Source: Proteromonas lacertae
Taxonomy: Eukaryota
DNA length: 64,000 nt
NCBI GenBank assembly: GCA_002245135.1
Contig: NGBS01000042.1
Coordinates: 1 to 64,000 of the forward strand
Direction: 5' to 3'
The notes beneath the pieces were generated by a model. It did not search any database. It was not told where the DNA came from and saw only the letters and a program-made list of their open reading frames with translations. Numbering within the stretch: position 1 is the first letter of the stretch; each line of letters starts with the position of its first letter. Of this stretch, positions 57,401 through 64,000 are shown piece after piece. A program made the translations under genes and the position numbers.

Positions 57401-58681
57401 TTCTGGTTCACCTTTACATTGTTCCATTATATAATCTCTTGCATCATCTTGATCATCACCAACTAATTTGCCACCATACCATAAACCTAATGCAAATGTT
57501 AAATACATTACCATCATAAATATTCCAATAACTGCACCTGTTATTTTCGATGTTTTAATACCAACATCTCTTGCTCTTTCAACTGCATTTTTAAATCTTT
57601 GAATGAAATAATCTTCAATACCAAATGAAGAAACTGTTCTGATTGAACCAATCGCTTCTTCAGCAATACCACCTGATTCAGCAAAGATATCTTGAGCTTG
57701 TAATATGAATTTTCTAAACATAATACCAAAACCACTTCCAACAATACATAATGGAATTCCTAAAGCTAAAATGACTAAAGTCATTGACCAATCTTTTGTA
57801 AAACCAATTGCATAACCAGCAATAAACTGAGCTATGGATTGTAGTGTCATTCCTATATCTTTACCCATTCCAGAATTCATTATAATCGTATCATCAACAA
57901 TACGAGTGGATAATGTCTTTGGATCATGATGATCAAACCAAGTAACATCTTGACGAATTATACCTCTGAAATACAAATATCTTATTCTAGCAATTTGTCT
58001 TTCAGCTGATAATTTCCATGCCCACATATAGAAGAAACTTGCAACACCCATTCCACAAGCAATTGCAAACATATATAGACTATTAGTTATAATACCATCT
58101 TTACTATCTTGTATTATCTTTGCTGCATCTTCATCTGGTACTGTATCTGAGTTTGTTTCACCTTGATAACTGGATTGTCCCATCAAATCACCAAATATTA
58201 ACATAGAACATGGTGTTCCAACACCAGCTGCAAGTGAAAATATAATTCCAATAAATTGTAACAATCTATCAATCTTATCTGAATATTTCAGTAATTGTCT
58301 TAGTGATAAACTCTTTTTCTTTGGTTCTGAATAAGTGTCAGGAGGTGGAGCATCTGCATCTTTTTTGGGTTTTACTTCAATAACAACAGGCGTTTTCTTT
58401 TCTGACTCAACCTTTTCAACAGATTTTACCTCACTTTCATTTTTAGCATCATCTGGATTTGAATTTTCATTACCTGGAGTTGTTTGTTGTTTATCTTCAT
58501 GTTTATATTCAGGAGTATCTTTCATTTCTTCAGTAGCTGGCTCTGTTTCTTGTTGTTCAGAGGAAGTAATCTTCTCAACATCATTGGAAGTTGTATTATT
58601 CTCAGGTTCTGTGGTGTTTAATGTTTTGTTTTCACCTTTGGATGAAAGTAAAACATCATCTTCTTTAGTATCTTCAGACAT
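54407..58681 (-). CDS. ABCB1: Full-length ABCB (P-glycoprotein/MDR1-like) transporter, 1424 aa, intronless
   Basis: TMD-NBD-TMD-NBD layout; GASGCGKST and GSSGCGKST Walker A motifs; LSGGQKQRIAIARA twice; LLLDEATSALD twice. Confidence 0.95.
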   Translation of the reverse strand: MSEDTKEDDVLLSSKGENKTLNTTEPENNTTSNDVEKITSSEQQETEPATEEMKDTPEYKHEDKQQTTPGNENSNPDDAKNESEVKSVEKVESEKKTPVVIEVKPKKDADAPPPDTYSEPKKKSLSLRQLLKYSDKIDRLLQFIGIIFSLAAGVGTPCSMLIFGDLMGQSSYQGETNSDTVPDEDAAKIIQDSKDGIITNSLYMFAIACGMGVASFFYMWAWKLSAERQIARIRYLYFRGIIRQDVTWFDHHDPKTLSTRIVDDTIIMNSGMGKDIGMTLQSIAQFIAGYAIGFTKDWSMTLVILALGIPLCIVGSGFGIMFRKFILQAQDIFAESGGIAEEAIGSIRTVSSFGIEDYFIQRFKNAVERARDVGIKTSKITGAVIGIFMMVMYLTFALGLWYGGKLVGDDQDDARDYIMEQCKGEPEMEWFKQIEHKSMMDFCDPQKVGEHEFNFAGKTCGENGFKPCQYASECMLGEHGCFTGGSVMTVFMSVLMGTMGLTMLGPSIVAIGQACGSGAEVYATIDRIPPIDGMNDKGKKIEHLEGKIEFKNIKFRYPSRPDQVILNGMNLTIEAGKTVGLVGASGCGKSTTIQMLQRFYDPEEGEVFVDGMNIRDLNLASLRNQMGFVGQEPVLFNGTVKDNIRNGRLDATDEDIIKAAKDSNAHNFIMEFPEGYDTFVGEGGHSLSGGQKQRIAIARALVRNPGILLLDEATSALDSESEKIVQAALDELVKQRARTTLIIAHRLSTIETADEIVVFNEGKIAEHGTHSELIAKNGIYAELRNRQMLNKKKEGDEDVDEDEEDAVYVAKLSSMRDSILTSNIVDPATGAKVEKPVVPKSRLWALAKPETCLTVVGTICGAVSGAVMPVFGILFSEMLNVYYERRTIDMRNGTAMWAGILVAFAVVLFILTFIRSLTFGAMGESLTCRIRQMCFTAMLKQDVGFYDDENNSTGAMTSKLSQDAQNIKAALGENLATTVQTVFTCLVGLIIAFASYWLLTFVILAAFPFLVLGTYLQGRAMQKLIKEMRKPMEEAGALASEAVNGIRTLHAFGLQEKFSVMFGKKQMKPYEMGKKDAWCTALLQFYNTIISMGASALAMRVGGIWAIEGKCDSSDLMKVLMSVMVTAQSVGQTAGRATDNVKINQAAESVFGLLDRVPPIDYTRPDGETPEILGEVEFRDVKFRYPTRLDVPILRKLNLKIQRGQKVALVGSSGCGKSTIIGLLQRFYNADAGEVLLDGHDLRSINIKYLRKQFGLVGQEPVLFSGTIEDNIKMGDYGNDKITHEDVVAAAKAANAHNFIMEFPDNYNTDVGNKGGSLSGGQKQRIAIARAILRNPKILLLDEATSALDTESEAVVQEAIDKLLESSDRTSIIVAHRLSTIQNADMIFVMDHGRVVEAGKHEQLMEIEGGLYRQLATRQMLLPA

Positions 58682-59006
58682 TTGAATAAGTAAATGTTGT
58701 TAAGTGTTTAATTCAGTGTTTAATAAATTGTCCAATCACAATTCATGGGGTACGAGAAATTGACAACCAACATTTCAATTTTTGATAAAAAATACAACCC
58801 ACCAATTTTAAAATACTGGCTATTTTTTTTATAATTGAAAAACTAAACTGTGGTAATATCTTTTTCTTTCATTTTATCAACACTTGTGAATTGTATTATT
58901 TTCATACCATTTTTATATTGTTTCACAAGATCTATTTCATTTTCACTCTTTTCTATTCTCTCTTTTATCTATATCAATAAATATTCTAATAATTCAGATT
59001 GACTTT

Positions 59007-59296
59007 AAGGATAAAAGAAACATATTATATATGAATAACAAAAAGATATTGACAAACCATTCAACAATTTTACTTCTATTTCTTCATTAATTGATGGTAG
59101 AATAGTCTACATTATATAATAACAGTTAAATATTTTATATGTACAGACATATGTGGAATAAAATGATAATGTAATTTCTTTGTAATTTGACACTATTTTG
59201 ACATTTTATTTTTAAAACATTCATACATATATTTTTTAATATTATAACATTTTCTTTATTGTGAGATATGTGAAATATATATGGTGTTGTTAATAA
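59007..59296. repeat. Direct repeat copy 2 (offset 5074 bp), upstream of the ABCB gene
   Basis: Matches 53933-54220. The duplicated ATG (59023, minus strand) opens only a 9-codon ORF. Confidence 0.95.
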
Positions 59297-59450
59297 AAGA
59301 ATGATACATTTTAAAAATGTAACGTTTTGATCGATTGATAATATACTTACAACTGTAGCAAAGTGTTTATAATCAATCAAGGTAATTATGTTTATAGTAT
59401 TAAAGAAATGTTAGAATTGTAACGACTATATTTTCATTAGAAAAATAGAA

Positions 59451-61739
59451 ATGTCAAATTCTTTAGTAGATGATGTAATATCAGCATTATTTCCCACTCA
59501 TTCGCAAGTATTTCAGTCATTTTTTATTTGTAGACAATCGAGAGAAGTGAAAAGAGTGTTAATGAAGTTGATTTGAAAATACAACATGAAAAGTGTGCAA
59601 AAATACTTAAAATCATAAATATATGTGGAATAAAGGGAAAAGAGATATTAAAAATTCATGAAAATTACTCTTTCTTGAGAGATTTTTGTTCATCCATCCT
59701 GTTACCAAAACAAATTCAACTATTCGGGTGTAATACGATAATATTGGAGAGAAGTTATTATATTAGAGATTTAGAAGAGATTATTAAGAGTGAGAGAATG
59801 TCAAATGATGAAATTAAGAAAATGATATGTTCAATATGTGAAATAATAATCATATTGAGTGAAAATGATATTGTGCCTAGGAATTTGAAGAGTTCAAATG
59901 TTGTATTTGGAGTAGACGGTGATTTAAAATTATGTGATTTATTCATAGATAAATTAAGAAGTGAAGAGGATATGAAAGTATATGATATTTGTTTCAAAAG
60001 CCCAGAAGAATTGAATGGATTAGAATGTAATGATCGAAGTGTGATATGGTCAATTGGTTGTATATTATATGAAATGGTAAACAAGAAATTACCATTCAAT
60101 GAAGATAATAATATCAACAAAACGAAAGAGAATATTATGAGATGTAAATACAGTCTAGATGGAATAAAGAATCAAAGAATCTCTAAATTATTAGAAAAAA
60201 TACTTATAAAAGATAATGTAAAAAGAATAGCGCTAATAGAAACAATGAGATATTCCAGAATTGCTCAAATACTTTAGTAATGAATTATACCTACCATATT
60301 GCGAAATTGATGATGATTTTTTCAAATCATTCCTTTCATTAAGATTAAATGGATTTAAAGCAATAAAATATTTGGATTTGAGAAGTATAATTTGATATTA
60401 TTCTATAATTTAGATAATAAACTGACATATAAAAGCATAGAAACTATAATAAACAATATTTCGTCATTTTCACATTTTGAATATCTTATATTATGTGGAA
60501 ATGAAATAAGAGATGAAGGAATGAAGATATTATCTCCACATGTACATTTACTAAAATGTTATAATGCAATTTATTGTTCAAGTATAGTTGTTATTTATAT
60601 ATTAGAAATGCAATTATCTTCAATTGGATTAAAATATCTGTTAGATGGTTTAAAAAATATTCAAAATAAGATAAGAGTTGATGTAAATGAAAATAACATA
60701 GATTTAGCTGGAATTGAGTATTTGATGAATTATGTGAAAGAGAATGATAACATTGAAAAGATAAAGATTCATGGTATATTTCTAATCACATATTAATTAA
60801 TAGATAATCCAATTTGTAATATTGGATTTAGATTAATGTTAAACAATTTGAATGTTGTGAATAAGAAAAACATTATAAATTCGAGCAATATATCAATTGA
60901 TGATGAAAGTGTTTTATTATTAATTAACAGATTTGATTCAATTGGATATTGCAGAAAAATCAATTTAAATGGAAATAATATCAGAATGAAAGGATTAAAA
61001 GCAATTTGTTCAAAATCATTAGAAAAAGATGAATATCCATTTATAGAAATGAATAACTCATCTTATGGAAATGAAGAATGTGAATATTATTTGAATTATT
61101 GTATTAAAAAGAAAAGAAGAAGTTATGAAAAATGTTATGATTTTTCGAGTATATTATGTGTGTTTATAATGAAATAGATATGAATATTAAAGATTTGCAC
61201 ATTTCATTAATCAGACAGATTGATTATAAATATCTTGATTTATCCAATAACCATATCAGCTGTGAAGGATTGAAAGATTTAACAGATTCTTTACCAAAAG
61301 ATGATAAATATATCTCAATAGACAATAATGAAATTGGAGATGAAGGAATAGAGATAATATGTAAATATTATGAAAAATTTACTTATAAAAATTCATTAAA
61401 TCTTTCAAGTATTTTATGTTTCATATTGTGAATAGATATCGGAATGAGTGAAAATGGATTAAAGATGTTAATAAAAAGATTGAAAGATTACAAATATGAA
61501 ATAAAAAGATAAATATATCAGGAAATGATATAAATGAAAGAGAATTACGATTAATGAAAGAAAATAAATATCTTTTTCATGAACTAAATGAATTATCAAT
61601 AACAGTAAAAGAAGATATAGATAAATCGGAATTAAAAGCATTCTTAAAAACATTCTCATCAGCAGAAAAAATAAAAATTAGCGGAATATCAGGAGAAGAA
61701 AAGGAGAAATTAACAAAATTATTCTACAATATAGAATAA
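59451..61739 (+). CDS. Pseudokinase-LRR fusion, copy 2 (shorter; frame breaks near 60248 and 61505, possibly a pseudogene)
   Basis: VPRNLKSSNVV, LCDLF, FKSPEELNGLECNDRSVIWSIGCILYEM are nearly identical to copy 1. LRR exons and intron positions are paralogous to 37890-39351. First intron donor at 59508. Confidence 0.75.
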
Positions 61740-62037
61740 CTATATTATACTTTCTATTTCTTATTCTTTCATATTTTTTCAAAATAGATTTGAACTAGAT
61801 TTGAAAAGAGCTTGAACTTTTTAAAACGTTTTATTGATTTTTAATGTTAACAACACCATTGTATGATGTGTGGATAAGAGGAATTAATACTGAAAATTGT
61901 ATGATTATGATTGTATATTATATAATAGTTGTTTCTGAATGTAACAAATATAACCGAATGTATATAGAGTATAAATCTTTATTAATAGAAAAAATACTTA
62001 CACACAAAAAATATGTTCAAATCGAGCATGGGATACA

Positions 62038-62732
62038 ATGGTAATTAAGAAACAAAAACCTTTGTATGGTAAAGAGAAACAATTTGAAAAAAGTCTTTCT
62101 ATCCCATCTTTATCTTATGGAGAAGTATACGGTGGTAAATATAATATACCAACAAATAAATTTCTTGAACAATTTGTTAAAGCAGCTGATGCAAAAGCTC
62201 ATAACAGAATAAAATATCATGAATATCATCAATATGATAATACAAACGATAATACTCAATATAACAAGTATCCAACGCAGATAATTCACAAAATGAAACT
62301 TATAATGCAGCTCCTGGTCCTCCTTTGTTTCGACCATTTCGAACAACAGATAAGAAAAGAAGGCCTAAGTCAGCACAGGTATTATCTTCCAAAATGCGAC
62401 ATGAAGAAGAAATTGATTTATCTGCTGATGAAGATATAGTTAAATATAGAATTCAAGGGCCAAAAGATTCAGGTGAATATGAAAGACATCAATCTATGCC
62501 TGTAACAACTTCAATAAAAGGAACAATGAAACCTAAACCAATAAAAAATAAAATTGTTACATCAAAGTATAAATCTCCAATAGCAAATTTGCCAACAGCA
62601 AAATATGGTTTTGAAAGCCTTCCTTCTGCTTCAGAACCTAATTTATCTTCAGAAACTCATTCCAAGCATATTCATTCAAGTGGTAAAACCAGAATAAGGA
62701 AAAAGAGAAGAAGACCACAAACAGCTAGTTAG
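62038..62732 (+). CDS. Hypothetical basic, low-complexity protein (two overlapping ORFs joined by an intron or indel)
   Basis: Coding-like composition in ORFs 62038-62439 and 62325-62732, with RPKSA/RPQTA motifs. No family recognised. Confidence 0.45.
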
Positions 62733-62951
62733 TTATTAGTAATTATGTATTTTAGTTTTTTTTTATTGTCCTATGTAATTTTGTAGTATTTATGATTATC
62801 ATTAAATACAATGTATATTTAAATGTCATTAATGTATAAACTCACTCTATTTTCTTGCTAATTTATATTTGACAAGTGGACCAATAAAATTCTTCTAAAA
62901 CGAATATATTTTTTAGATTTTTTTTCTAGAATCTTCATTTTCTCATCAATT

Positions 62952-64000
62952 ATGCAAAGTAAATATCTGTTATTCTTTTTCACAGTTCTGTATTACAAGT
63001 TTGTTATATTATAACTAGAATTTCATCCTCTTTTGCATTTTATGAAGAAGATGGTCCAGTACAACTTCTCACATCAAAAGATTTTGACAATTAGTATTAA
63101 GAAGTGAATCTGTTTGGATTGTAGAATTTTTCGCTCCGTATAATAACTAATTACACAAATTTTACTGTATAGATGGTGTGGTCATTGTAAAGCATTTAAA
63201 GATGAATATGAAAAAGCTGCAAAAGCTTTAACAGGAGTAGTTCATGTCGCTGCTGTAGATGCAACAGTTGAGCAAGAATTAGCTCAAAGATTCCAGATTC
63301 AAGGTTATCCAACAGTAAAAATCTTTGGATTAAATAAAAACAAGCCAACTGATTATCAAGGTGCAAGAGAAGGCAAAGCTGTAGCAACTGCTGGTTTAAA
63401 AGCTGCTAAAGAAGCTGTATCAGCTCGTCTAAACGGTAAATCAAAACCAAACACTGGGAACATGCCAAAGCAACAGCTGGTGGTAAAGGCTCTTCAAGTA
63501 AAGGTGATGAATCATCAAATGCATCGTCAAACGAAGAAAATGATGTAAAATTAAGCACAGTCCCATCTGTGTCTATGGAATTAACCAATCAAACAATATT
63601 CGATGAATGGTGTAATGGAAAGTTAATTTGCATAATTTCTTTCTTACCTGATCTATTAGATAGTCATAAAGCTGGTAGAGAAGCTGAAATTGCCATATTA
63701 GATCAATTAGCTGAGGTACAAAAACGTAAACCATTCGTTTTCTTCTGGGAAGAAGGTGGTAAATTCTATGATTTTGAACAAGCTTTTAAATCTCAATTTT
63801 GGATATCCAGCTACAGTAGCTATTAATAAAGAGAAAGGTAGATATGCTGTACATACTGGATCCTTCACTTTTTGATAGTATAAAATTGTTTTTGACTGGA
63901 TTATCAAGCGGAAGTGTTAGAACAATCCCAACCCCCAATTACCAGAATTACCAACAATTGAGCCATGGGATGGACAAGATAAGCAAGAAGAACCTGTAGA
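62952..64000 (+). CDS. PDIA6: Protein disulfide isomerase, PDIA6/P5 type; runs off the window end; several indels
   Basis: Signal peptide, WIVEFFAP/WCGHCK split by an intron (donor 63138), FQIQGYPTVK, and P5 C-terminal domain (ICIISFLPDLLDS, PWDGQD). Confidence 0.82.

Noticed and set aside
53933..59296. Direct repeats interpreted as LTRs of a retroelement
   Set aside because: No TG..CA ends, primer-binding site, TSD or gag/pol. The repeat derives from a host gene's 5' end.

Overview
Very AT-rich, gene-dense eukaryotic nuclear DNA using the standard code, with tiny (mostly 26-45 nt) GT-AG introns. Axonemal genes (inner-arm dynein heavy chain, ODA docking-complex subunit, SHIPPO/ODF3 protein, Rab23) show the organism is flagellated. 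Micro-introns, short UTRs and TGTTTGTT 3' elements suggest a Blastocystis-related gut stramenopile such as Proteromonas (inference only). The window holds about 22 protein genes and one complete hAT transposon (TIRs, 8-bp TSD, intact spliced transposase). Highlights: (1) a giant class C GPCR with at least six tandem AmiC/UrtA-type Venus-flytrap domains; (2) a head-to-head pair of paralogous microprotein genes missed by the ORF track; (3) two pseudokinase-LRR paralogs; (4) a P-glycoprotein gene bracketed by ~290-bp direct repeats and carrying a Cys-rich extracellular insertion; (5) a 2200-aa membrane-anchored metzincin; (6) a GTAT(A/T) splice-donor consensus and a recurrent CAAGC/TTGAC upstream motif. 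Scattered single-base indels in several genes are most likely long-read consensus errors. All homology calls come from motif recognition by eye, not database searches.
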